NCBI GenBank assembly: GCA_028534125.1
Contig: CM052816.1
Location: forward strand, 59,398,001 to 59,462,000
Direction: 5' to 3'
DNA from: Lama glama
Lineage: Eukaryota
Length of the DNA stretch: 64,000 nucleotides
Shown here: piece by piece, positions 14,460 through 27,335 of the stretch
Layout of the letters: every line of letters begins with the position of its first letter
How positions within the stretch are numbered: position 1 is the first letter of the stretch
Translations under genes and position numbers: made by a program
The notes under the pieces: generated by a model
The model's database searches: none
What the model saw: only the letters and a program-made list of their open reading frames with translations
Told to the model about the DNA's origin: nothing

Positions 14460-14580
14460 CCCTGCTTCCCTCCACTAGGTCGTGAGCTTCACTGAAGGCA
14501 GTGAAGATGCCATGTTCATTATGGTGACCTCAGTGTCCAGCCCAGTACTTGGCACAAAGTAAGCACGTAATAAACGACAG
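14460..14580 (+). mobile_element. L2 LINE 3' end fragment
   Basis: CCCTCCACTAGGTCGTGAGCTTCACTGAAGGCAG...CAGTACTTGGCACAAAGTAAGCACGTAATAAA. Confidence 0.65.
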
Positions 14581-17500
14581 GGGCGCCCAGGGAATCACCT
14601 CTGGTTCTCTAGGGGAACAACTGAAGGCTACTAGCTAGGTATTCATTTACTTATTTGAATAATAAATATTATAAACTGATAAACACCACCTGAATGTAAG
14701 TGACTATATTCATTTACCCACCAAATTGTCTACCAACTGCCATCTATGTAGAATGTTCAAAGGGTGGCTTGATGGAGAAAGTATCTGTGTTAACTCTTTT
14801 CCCCAGCAGTTTCCATTCAAAGAGTACTTGAAATGCTTGGTAAGTGATGCCTATAAACACCTATTAAAATGCAGCTTTATGGGAGGTTAAATCATTATCG
14901 TGGTGGCACAGTAACAGGAGCTACAGGGGTAGCAAAATTCCTAGAATGGACTGTTGGACTAACATGTCCTCTGGAGAAAGAAATGGTTTAGTTACGAAGT
15001 TAAACTGCCTAATACAATATTCTTTATAAATGAATATGAATTTAAATAGTTCACTCAGGCGTGTTTAAGTACTGGATTTTGTTAGAGGCCCTCTTAGTGC
15101 CTGGTCTGATCATTTGGGCAGCATTGAAAAAAGCCCAGTACCTCTGCTTTTATAGAAATAACTACAAAAAGACCAAGGAGAGATACCGCTATACAGACCT
15201 GGTGGTTGAAAGAGCAGAACTGAAATAGGGATAAAGTTGGACAGCTGGAGAAAGCACAGGTTTTAGGGAGGGTAAAGTTTCCACGTGCACCTAATTCCAC
15301 TCTCCTTTAATGGTAGGAACACCACCAAGTGGAGCAGGAAAATGACACTGAATTTTTAATAATGAGTAAGCATATATTCCTTTTCCTAAAGGAAGGGACA
15401 AAAATAGTAGAGAAAGAAGGTATCATTACTGGTAAATGGGCAGGCCTTCACAGAAGGAAATTACACAGACTGATTGTGACAATGCACTTCAACTATCCTA
15501 CATAAAAATGCTCCTTGCCAGTGTTCATTCACAAAGCCAACTTTTCTCCTCTAGCTCAGTTTTCCAAATTATACAGCCACACCAGGTAGAAGCCTACAGC
15601 TGACATCCATAGGAATCTGCTGGAAAATATAAACATGCTTTACTTCCTTCGGAAAACATTCCCTGATTTATTATGGCCTCACTCCAACTACTCTTCTGTT
15701 TGGTTTTTGCTTTTATAGTGCCTACTCATTTAAATGCATCAATATGTTGCTTTATAACAGCTGATATATTTTTTAACACACATATAGGTGTACTATGTAA
15801 AAATTAAAGCAAATAACACATGGTTCTTCCAATTTCCCTTGTACCACCTCATCTCTAGCTGTCAGTTACTTAGTTCCCGGGGTGTGGGTGTGCTGGTAAA
15901 TAAACTTTGCCAAATTAATTAACCAAATAGGTAATGCTGACAAAGGGCCTCAAGTGATTATTTGGGAAGTACCTAAGATTAAAAAAGCTTACAGTTTCAA
16001 GTATGAATAGACATGTGAGCAACAATATAGAGAGACAACATAGGAGCAGTGATGGTCTTATTCTTAAATTTGTTAGGATTTATACCTTTATACACATACA
16101 TACACACAGTCACAGATATAATATCTTAAGATTTCAAGGGTGATTAGATATTGAGAAGGTGGAGGGAAGATGGACTTAAGATAGTATACTATTAACAATT
16201 AAAAAAACACTACACTGGTGTTTTACAATTAAGTACAAGTATTTCCAATGACTGAACTTCTGTATCCATCCAAATACTGGGAAAAGAATTACTAACAAGA
16301 GCATTTTCCCAGTCTGTAACCACTTGAGACTTTTCAGCAAAAAAACCCTCCAAAAAACAAAAAAACAAAAACAAAAACTGTTTTTTTTGATTACCAAATG
16401 CATCTTAAGGATGCTCACTGACTCTGGGGAGAGGACATCACTCGGGGCTGTGCTCTGTATAGAGCTCGTGACCTGGAAAAACAGATCCTGGCACCAAGAG
16501 GCACGAAAGGCCAATGTCACCAAGCCCATCCCTTTTCAGTTGGACAGGAAATGCTGGATTTCAAAGCCTGGACTGAAGCGAAGCCCAAACTAACAATAGA
16601 GTTAGAAAAATGTTTTCAAAATTAAGCTTCCACCATCAGCCCAATTAAAAATGCACTTATTCACTTAATATTCCATGAAGTGAGAATTTTGACTGTCTTA
16701 AAAATGCGCTTGTAAAAGGGACCACGAGAGCGCGCACTTCCTCTCCTTAAGGATCTGCCAGAAGTTAAGGAGAGACTGGCGACTGCAAGGTCAAAGCACA
16801 GAAGAAAGATTCTCATCAAATCATTCGTTCTCAGACACCTCAACCAACAGCATCAACAAAGTAATTCTGTTTTGATCACACTCACCACCAGTAGAATTGG
16901 CAAACATTTTTTTTAGTTTTAGTTCTTTTCTTTAACCAATAGGTGGCAATCTTTATCGCTAAGACTATTTAGGCAAAAAGACTGAGTTTAGAAAGATTGT
17001 TTTTTCCTCCCTCCCTTCAAAGCTCAGAATTATTATTTTTTTTTACTAATGAGCTATTTGATAAATGATTAGTAATCATAAAAGTAAAATAGCAGTAATT
17101 TACTAAGTTACTGTAATTTTGACTTTGTAAGAGAAAAAGACAACCTGAAAAATCTCAAAAAGAAACACACTAAAAGCACAAGGAGGCTTTTTTTTTTTTT
17201 TTCCGGCCCAGCATGGTTTTGACAGTGTTATTACCTCCAAGTACAGCATAGAGAAAGTACACAATATACCCCTATGTCATATTAAAGACTCTGGAGTGGC
17301 TCTCAACCAAATGGTACAGGCCACAAACACATGCAAATGTAAAAAGAATACAGGAACTAACCAGAAAACAACTTCCAGGGGACGAGACTTACTAATGCAA
17401 ATAACAACAGTGTCTCAAGAAACAAAGCAATATTCCAGTGGTGGGTTTTTCCTTTCTTTCTTTTTTTTTTTTTTTTTTTTGAGGCAACATATATACATAG

Positions 17501-17899
17501 CTGTCTGGCAAATCCACTGCCTCATTTGTTGAAACTGAAGTGAATATTTAAATTTGTGACTTATAAAGAGTATGTATCACTACTGCTGCTGTCTAACTTA
17601 TGTAATTCTGCTGTAACCTCACTGCTTCTTCGGATGGCCTCAGAGAGGCTGAGAAAGGGTTCATTACTATGGAGACGAAACACTTCTTCAAATAATTTTC
17701 AACTGTTGAAATCGGCCCCAGGTCTTTATTTCCTGTCACTAAACATTTCAATTCCTTCCATTTTCTTCAGGTCTAAACATATCACTTAAGTCTAAGAAAC
17801 AATTTTGTATGTGTGGGTGCCAAATATGTTTTCCACATTTTTGATTGGCATCCAAGAGTATTTGGTTTTCCCCCAACATTTGCTTTTTAATATTCCAAT

Positions 17900-18070
17900 T
17901 AGTTTTTTAGGGGCTTAGTTATGATCATGATGCCTCACTGAAATCCTTGGCTTGGTAGAGTGTCATTAATTCTATTTTACAGATGGGAAAACCGAAGTTA
18001 AGTATGTTCCTGTCTTTAGGTCACACAGCAAATTAGTCACAGCAATTAGGACTAACGGTTGGCCAAGGGC
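17900..18070 (+). mobile_element. MIR SINE
   Basis: CTATTTTACAGATGGGAAAACCGAAG...GGTCACACAGCAAATTAGT. Confidence 0.65.
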
Positions 18071-18271
18071 ATTGTTCAAAGCCCCCAGATGCCCAGCCTG
18101 TGCACAAGTCCTCCCCATAAGCAAGAACAATGAAGAGGACGTTGAACAGAAGTGTGATGGTTGCTTTGGTGCTCCTGTAACAGCAGTAAAAAAAACTCAT
18201 TCTCCTATGCATCTTCCACAAGTCCACAAAGACCGAAACTTAGCATTTGCAAAACTCAACTATCTTAAAAT

Positions 18272-18393
18272 AAAAAAAAGAAAGAAAGAAAGGAAGAAAG
18301 GAAGAAAGGAAGGAAGGAAGGAAGGAAGGAAGGAAGGAAGGAAGAAAGAAAGGAAGAAAGAAAGAAAGAAAGGAAGGAAGGAAGAAAGAAAAA
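18272..18393. repeat. (GAAA)n/(GGAA)n pure-purine simple repeat
   Basis: About 122 bp composed only of A and G on the + strand. Confidence 0.95.
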
Positions 18394-21300
18394 TATTTAT
18401 CAGAGTTCCTAAACTTTGCAAGAGGTACAACCCCTGTTAAATATTCATTTACAATGCAATAAATAATTATGAAATAAATGAGGATTTGTTGATGTACTAA
18501 AGTAGTTCAAAATTTTCCTCCAACCTGGAGGCTGTTTTGACTAGAAAACAAGAGATAGTTAACCAGACCCATCACACATCGCACGCTATGTTCTTTTCGG
18601 ATGCTGAAATGTATTTCTTCCTTTTGAAGACAGCAGCTGAGTCTCTGAGAATCTACCCGAAGCAGAGTGACTTGGATGCCTGATTTAATCCGGCAATTAA
18701 CTGTGAGTCACTTCACCCCTGTTTTGTCCCCTCAATAACAGAAATAATTCCTTGTGCCACAGGGATGCAGGGAGGTTGATAAAACCGCACACTACTTTGG
18801 AATTCTTAGGAATTGCCTGTAAAACACATGGGATGTGTTATGCCAATGGAATATTACAGAATTTTAGATGATGTTCAGTTAAAGCTACTATTTCTTACCT
18901 CTAGCCCCACTGATTGCCCTGTTAGATCTGAGAAGTTCTGAACAAGTGCATTTTTCTGTAACATACACTGTCTTACAACTATTATTAGAAAACAAAGGCA
19001 GAAAACTTAAAATTAACAATGAATCTGACCAGTCACTACTCAGGGAACAGCAGCATTAATAAACTCAGTGTGAGTTACAATTATGGTTACAGCAAAAAAA
19101 AAAATCCCTTCACTGCACCACAGAAATTTAGCTTATTACTTGATATAACATACGCAGTTAGAAGAAAAGTTTTCACAAGGACCACTGAGTAAGCTTAATG
19201 TTCTAATTAAAAGAAATAAATCCTAACGTCTTTAATTATAACTCGTTTAGGTGAGAAACTTTCAACATATGCCTCTTGCTAAGTCCCACTGAATGAAGAA
19301 CAGAATTTTCCACCTCTGTCCTGCACCCAACATGTCTCACAATTGCTACTTGCCCATTCGTTTATCTTCTACATAACTAGAAGGGGGAAAAAATCAAGTG
19401 GAATTATTCCAATTTTTAAAAGTTTCTATAAAAGATCACAAAAGCTCAGTGGTCGACAAAATTTGGTTTGCCCTGGAGAAGCCATACTGCTGCTTATATG
19501 CATCTGTCAAATCCACAAGAATGGAATCTTAGCACAGATATAATTAATGCAGCCACAGAACACTCCAAATAAATGCTTTAATTCAAACTACAGCTGTTTA
19601 ATCTTCTCATTGTAAGAGACCAGAATACCTCATGCCTGATGCTAGAAGGGCAGGAAGTAAACAAGAGTCGAGAGAGGAAACCGAAGTTACTCAATTGTCC
19701 ATGAAGCTTAAGGAACCATTTTATGAAGTTTCAATTAAATAGTCACACTGGTCCATGTGGCTGTTCAATGGCAGCCTCTTCAGAATCTGGATCCCAAAAC
19801 TAACTTGCTTCTCCCTCTGAGACACAAAGGTAACTAAGCCCTTGCTTCATGCTAAAGCCCTGCGCTGGCAGCTAGTCTTGATGTAGCTTCTTTTTGGTGA
19901 GCAAATCAAACTGCCTCTAGAGCAAAAGAAAGGCTGCAACAATGGGATATGTGTGTTGATTATCGCAGTTGGTTTAAGAGTTCCATCCAAAGGCAGAACA
20001 GAATCTTCCATCCCTCAGTCCTGCACCCATGCAAATACACTCCTTTTAATTGTGCTTTGAGCTAATTCTTGTGTCTTCTACCTCACTGGAAGAAAAAAAA
20101 ATCAAGTGAAATTGTTTCTATTTTAAAAGGTTTTTCTGTATAAATCAAAGACCGCCAAGGATCAGCGGTTAACAGAATTTTCTTCAGTGAACATTTTGGG
20201 GAAGAAAGAAAGGTACCACTATTAGTACAAATTCCTGGTGGGGCCCTGGGGTACCACTCTTCTCTGCTATGAACTGACATCAGTGACCTCTGAAGACAGA
20301 TGGCTACAAACTACAGAACTGCCCAGGCTCCAGAGTGAAATGATTTATTTCACTCCAGCTCCAGCGATGGTAGAACGGAACTTTCAGCTTCCTAACCCCG
20401 CCCTCTTTTATTTCACTGAAACTTCCCTTCAAAAATGTTCTAGGTTACGACCTCCATGGACGGTTCTTCCCAGAGCTCAGTTTTCTCTGAGGAAAGTCTT
20501 CTCATTTGCTTGGAGTTCATAAGAGAGGACACTTTTTTTTTTTTTTAAACAGGAAGCAGAACATCAAAACCTTTCAGAGTTTTATGTGTCTAGTCATAGG
20601 AGCGGAACAAATCTTCTCTTAATCAAAATTATACTTGAAGACTCAAGAGGCGCTGGTAGGTTTACAAGCCTATCAGAGAAGTTGAAAAATAACTCTTCTA
20701 ATGCCACAAACAGAAATACAAGTTACGTTTCACATAAGGGCTCAAAGTGGGCCTTCCTCTTTCATCGTGGCCTTTTGTAAAAATTGCGACAGAGGACCAG
20801 TGGGAATTCTGGCAGGAAAAGTCCCATCAGAGACTGGCTTTTTGTTTAAACAAAAAAAAAAAGGCCTTGCTTATGCAGAAAATTCTTGCTTTTTCCATTA
20901 TGTGGTGTCTGGGGGAGGGTGGGAAGAGGAAGGCTTCTTTCTATATCTGTAGGGCACTGTAATTTAAAATGAGTCATGAAAAACATAAATGAAAATGTTA
21001 ACCTCTGAGAGAGAGGTCAGCAAATTTTATTCCCGCTTAGATCCAGTTTTCTCTGGCAAAACTTGACTAAACCCAAACCAGGGCCTTTCCCTATTGATAT
21101 ACTCCAACTTACCCAGAAACTGAGGATTAAGACTGAAAAGAGACAAACTCAAGAAAGAGGACCTGTAGTTTGAGAAATCCCTGGCTAAGGCTCAGCTTTG
21201 GACTATCTGGTCAACCAGTTTACCTCCCATTTCGCAGGAGGGAATTTTCCCCAACCACACCTACAGAGGATACGGTAACTCCTAGGAGGGGTGGATTTTA

Positions 21301-24159
21301 TGTCTTAAGGTTAAGCCATACTGCAGAGGCTGATACTGGGAAAGCATCTGAGGGCCTATCTGTCCCTGGAAGACCTCTCTTTCTGAGCCCCCAGCTGTGG
21401 CTCACTGGAGGTAATGCTTCAGATAAAATCATTAAATCCATCTCGATGACGTAACGAAACCACCTAGCACCCTGGACTCTTCCTTTGGCTTCCAACATCA
21501 TGACTGATAGGAACTGAAGTCTGACTGCTGTGTTCACTGGGCAAGACTCAACCAGAGGCCACGTGGGAAAGTTTAAGCCCCTAATTCATGTTCTAACTTT
21601 AACTGGTATCAGGGAGAGCTGCTCTCTCCTCTGAGTAAAAATTCAACTTTTATTTAACTAATCCATTAAAACACAAACATTCTTCCAGACTGAAACTGCT
21701 ATCGAGGAATCCTTCAAACACTGATACGGCTCTGACAGCACAATACTTTTGCGTGACTGGAATGAGGTCACTGCTTTAACCTAGGCTATTTCATATTCTT
21801 CCCTCTTTATTGCAAGAAAACTGTTAAAGAAGTTCATGATTTCATACAAACTGTCTTATGTAAGTCTCTGTTTGATACATGGTTCACGGGCATGATCTTG
21901 ACAGAAAAAAAAATACTGGCCAATTAAGCATTTTTAATATATGTAAGATTTTTAAATTAGAGTGTAACTGGATTATGGGGCAAAGATTGCAGAGATGTGA
22001 GACTATATCTAAAAGTCTACACTTTATAGGCCACAGCTTCCTAATACTTATTTAATATTTTGCTTTCAGAACCTGTGGTTGCTTTACTATGACATGACCT
22101 CTGGAAAAGTTAATCCCCCTAGAAGTTCTTTCCTCCCCCATTGCACTGTGAGGATGGCACAGTGTGGTGCTGGAAGGCACACATCATCCACTCAGAGAGT
22201 CTGTCTGCAAGTCTCAGCTGCCCACCATCTACTAGTGTTTGCCTCTGAGGAGGTTTTTTTTAACCCCCTAAGTCTCACCGTGTAAATAGCACTAAGCAAG
22301 ATAATGCAGGTGGAGCACAGAGCAAGCGTGCATAGGTGGCAGTAAACATATTGATAATCATGTGGAAGAAACTGCAAATTTTCCGTCTCAGAGGTAAAAC
22401 ATTTCATCTGACAAGTATGTAAGAAAAAGACAGCATTCAAATGCAATGAACTAAAAAGAATAATTTTTAAAAATTGCAAATACCACCTTTTTAGCAAATC
22501 AAAAATTCATGAAATCATTCAGCTACATGCCCGTAAAGGAAAGGTCCAGAATAAGGTAACAAAATTCATCCGAGCCTACACTACTTTTGCCTAAAACATT
22601 CAATATCAACTCCATGAGTTGGATTTCTGGGAAAAGGCTAACACCAATCAGTAACGGTCTCTTCAACTCCTATAAACAAAAGATTTTCATTTTAAGAAAG
22701 TTTAATTACTCTATTAATCTTCACCCTCTCCATTTCCTTTTCTTAGGAAATTATACATTAAATGTGAGAGAACATAATCTAAAGACTACTAACTACATTT
22801 GCTAGGATATAAAATTTAGAACATTTCCGAGTGTTAACTAAATAGCACTTGACACTGGCAAAAAAGATGGTCCACTGAATCAAGGAACTCTTAAGTGAAA
22901 GCCCTGGCTGTATTTTCAGTGTGTTCTAGAAAACGGATTGAGCGGAGTTTGCCTGAGAGATGCGAGGGACATTGGCTTTGTATTTTGGAAAAAGCATCTT
23001 TGTGAAACTGACCCATGTTGCTAGAGTATATAAAAAGCAACTAGCCTTACAGCTAGACAATAACAAAACTGTCTCGCCCTCAAAAAATTTTTTTTCATTC
23101 TTATAATTGAAGAATATAAATTACTCAAAATATTGAAGAGATGTATTAACTAGGCTGGAATTCACCAAAAGCAGCTAAGGGAATGAAAATAGTTAACTGG
23201 CGACAACTTGCTTCTGTGACCGCACTGCCAGCAGATAAGCAGAGGTCTCAATCTGCTGCACAGACTCAGGAAGCCAGCAAAGAAAACAACAGTAAACATT
23301 TCGTGCATCTTGGAAAACTTCTCCTTAACTCAGGCCAAAGTTAGATGATTCTAATCACAGAAGAGCTGGATAGATGTGGTCTGACAAGAAATGGAGTTGT
23401 AACCTAAACAACTGTAAATTTTATGCTCCAATGTGTTTAAACTTCCTCTAAATGTTAAAGCTGACCAGGTTTCTCAAGTTTCCCTTCAGGGGAAGATTAG
23501 ACCACAAATGACAGTTACAATATAATTGTACATGTAACTACAAACAGTGATGGCTAGGAAAGTAGCGAGTTACAGCAAGCTCTCAATCCTTTACAGCCCA
23601 GCTTAGTGAAAGAGCAAATTCAGTTATATTTGCATAATTCACCCATCAGTGACTTTTCTATATCACCTTATATACTGTACTATCAGACAGGTGTTTACAT
23701 ATAAATGTGTTTATATATAATATGCTATGCTTATATATTAATGCCATACCATTTTTATATACACGTAACATTTTGAGAAGCACTTGCCAGTTAAGGGCCA
23801 ACTCGATGGTTAATATTTTAACCATTTAATAAGCCCCAAAGCTTCCAGCCTGCCAAGAGAAGGAACTGTCCTTTAAAACTAATCACGTCTTCCCAGCCTG
23901 TTCTGATGAGGTCCTTTTGCTGAAAGCAAGAGTAACTCACAAACCTGTTTTATTCTCTTTAGATTTTCTTGGGTCTATTGCCTGAGAGTGAAAAAATCTG
24001 GTATGTTTAACTCATTTTTTTCATATCAGGCCAGGTCACAGGTCACTGGTAAACCAGAGGACCGCTTACCCTCCCAGCTGATGACCGTGGCCAGAAATAC
24101 AGGAGTGTCACACAGCATGAACATGACCACCCAAGGGCCCTTTCACTCTATCACACAGA

Positions 24160-24360
24160 TGCTTAAGAACACTGGGTCAAAAGTCACATGGGTTGGGGTC
24201 AAACCCCAGCTCCTACACAAGCTGTGTGATGAGAGGCCGTCATTTAACTAAGCTTTAGTTTCTTTACCTTCACAACAGAATAATAAGGCCAGTGACAGAG
24301 TTCTAATGAAAAGTAACAAGTTCATGTAGCAAAATGCTAGCAAAGCACCTGGCAAAAGGA
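24160..24360 (-). mobile_element. MIR SINE (diverged)
   Basis: GGGGTCAAACCCCAGCTC...GCTGTGTGATGAGAGGCCGTCATTTAACTAAGCTTTAGTTTC...GCACCTGGCA. Confidence 0.55.
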
Positions 24361-27199
24361 ATATTTGTTCACCATACAAACAGAGACAGGTACAAATTCA
24401 GCTTTCTGTTTATGTATGTACATATATATGTTGATATATGTATTTCTTTAAATTTTCATATACAGCATTTTTCTCATGTCAGTAATATTTTTACCCTCTG
24501 TTGCCTATTTTTTGGAATAGACTTTGTATTTCCCAGTATGTGCAAAATACATACCTTAAAGTTTTATTCTTCTGGTAATTACTCTTTAAGTTAATTAAAA
24601 CAGATTAGTTTTCAATCTGTACCTTTCTGATTTTAAAGCTTAACAGTGAAAAGGCAGCTCTGAAGTTCGCCCACAATGACATGAGCAGTTTCATAGATCT
24701 TCCTGGGCTCTTACCAGAAAGTGTGACAGCTCTTCCCACGTGATGCATAAGGAAGAAGCACATTAAGTTCTCCAGTCTCCACCTTTTTTTCTCCAAACTC
24801 TCTATCTACTACTTTCTGGCACTTACTGCTACAAAAGAGAAGGAAACTTGAATTTTGTTCCTTGGTAGTTAATAACACATTTTGGTAAGACATTTAACAG
24901 CAATCTTACAATTAAAAAACAAAAATCGGACCAACACATCTGGAGGTGGCCTTTCACTGATTTCATAAAAACAATGCAGAGGACACTTTCAAATCTGCAC
25001 AAAATGCATACAAACTTATTTTTATTCAGTTTGCTCTTTTTCATCTGATATATGATTTATTTCCCATTTATCAACACTTAAAATCTCCATGTTTTATCTT
25101 CTCACTATATATCTATAATCTTCTCCTTCATTTCTATCTCTCCTTTCTTGGGACTCTGGAAGAGCTTTATTTGAGTTTCCCCTCCATAACATTAATTTTA
25201 TTTTCAGCTGTGTTAATTCTGCTTTTTATTGCCTCTCATATGGATTTTAATGTGCTATATTACATTCTTAATTTCTTTACAATCTTTTTCTTTTTTTATG
25301 GCTTCAATTCCACTTTATCCCATCTTATTGTCTTTTCAGTTCATAATCATCCAACTGCTTTCTGCCCCTCTCTCATTTGGGCCATTGTTGGAGGTCTGCA
25401 CTTCCTTAAAATCTTCAGTGTGATCTCTCTTTTCCTTTATGAAGCAACGCTTTTTAGTAGGCTCAGCTATATTTTTCCTGTTTACTGATCACTTAACAAG
25501 GAGAGATCTACCCAGACCTGGTGTTTGCTCTGAGCTACTCCTGGTCTATCTGGGCACTGGCTTCAGATCTAGAGATGGTTGGCAGGTCGAGATGAATAGT
25601 TTTCAGGCCATTTCCCAATGTGGTTTCATTTCAGTGTAGTTTTGTTGAAAGAAAACCTCCTCCTACCTTTACTGCTTGGCTTTCTGAGACTTGGAATGAT
25701 GAAGGACACAAACAATACTCAAATCCTCAGTAAACACAGGTCTTTCTAAACTCTACACAGCCCCCCTCCCCAACACTTCACTTTTGTGCAGTAAGTTTCT
25801 CAGGATGTAACAGTAACACGACCCCTATCCAACCATCCTTGTTCTGCCTAGTTACTTTCTGACTTAGGACCTTTCACTGAATAAAAGTCATGAACGGGGG
25901 GGTTAGAAAGAGGAAGGGAAGAACATTCTGGGGACAGCTGCCTATGATCTTTCTGAATTATAAGCAGAGCTGGGGAGGACGCAGCTCTGCCTACCTATTT
26001 TTAGGTGGTCAGAACTTACTCTGCCTATGTTTTTAAACCTAGTTCCATCAGATTCACAGTAGACATTTCCTCTGCTGGTTCTAGTTTTAATATCTGTTTA
26101 GAATGTAAGGGCTTTTCTCTATCTTCTCAGAGACTCCAGGGAAAAGTCTAAAGAGGCTGGGTCAGGCAGAGAGCTTTTTAAATCAGCAAACTTTTAAATA
26201 AGTCTCTTTCTAACTGAAAAAAAAAAAAAAGGAAAAAAAAATTATCCAAGAAGTTTTGCTGGCATCGTGGCCTTTGAGAGCCTCTCTCTGTGCAATGTCA
26301 CAGTGTCCTTTTAAATTAAACACCAAGACTTAAAATTCACCTGTGCCTTTCTCTTATCCTCATCCACCCTCTTGTCTGTGGAATTCAGGTAACAGAAACA
26401 CAATGTTTATGTTATAAACTTGGCAGTGACTAACTTTCCCAAGAAATAAAGTTTGACACTCAAAGGTATTTTGTCATTTAGCCAGACTTTTAAAATGGCG
26501 TTTACTGCTAACTTTGATGGAACTCAGGTACAAGACTTCGGATTTATGCGAGTCCATTTGAGATTTCTGGTACTTAGGGATCTGAAGCAGCTTTTATCCA
26601 CGTGCCCAAACACAATTGTCATGCTGGATGCCCTCAGCTTCCGGCTTTTAAGAAGCAGGTCATAACCAGTCTGTGCTCAACTTTAACCAAACTGATATAA
26701 TTATGAGTCAGAAATAAGAAAACGTGAAGCTTAGGGGAACACTGGAAGCTTAGGGAACACTGTTCTTCAAAAAGAACAGAAATGGAAGGAAAATCCTTTG
26801 TCAATGGTACATAACTTTTGAGTATCTGATCAAGGAATATTTCTGCTGAGAAAAACCACACATACACACATATAGCCCCCCACACTTCGTCTCAGTTTCA
26901 TGGCCTTATCAGTCTCTTTGTAACTCAGCACTTTCATACATTTAGCAGACACAAGAAAATGCAGCTAAGGTGTAGGTAAGACAAGGTAACTGGTGTGGCT
27001 GTATGAATGTTAATGGCCAATGAAACTTAACAGGTAAAAGAGACATAATTACAGACCACCCAAAAAGCAGAAAATAGCTGGTTTCTTCCATTATTGATAA
27101 ACTCACAAAGGACTGCTTAACAAGACCCACACAACAGCCAGCCGGAGTGCTCTGGAACCCTCGGAATGCTCCTTCTATGGAGCCCCCTTCTTTTTAAAT

Positions 27200-27335
27200 A
27201 TTTACACGATCATTTGAGCTTTGGCTCCTTAATCTGGAAAATGGTTATAATAATGCCATTTTGCAAAGTGGCTGTAAGGATCCAATGAAAAATGTCTATA
27301 AAATGCTTGGCAAACAGTAAGTCTGCAAACTTTTT
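27200..27335 (-). mobile_element. MIR SINE
   Basis: CTCCTTAATCTGGAAAATGGTTATAATAAT...GCTGTAAGGATCCAATGA...TGCTTGGCAAACAGTAAG. Confidence 0.65.

Noticed and set aside
18072..18440. 122-aa K/E/R/G-rich ORF
   Set aside because: It is the translation of the GAAA/GGAA simple repeat.
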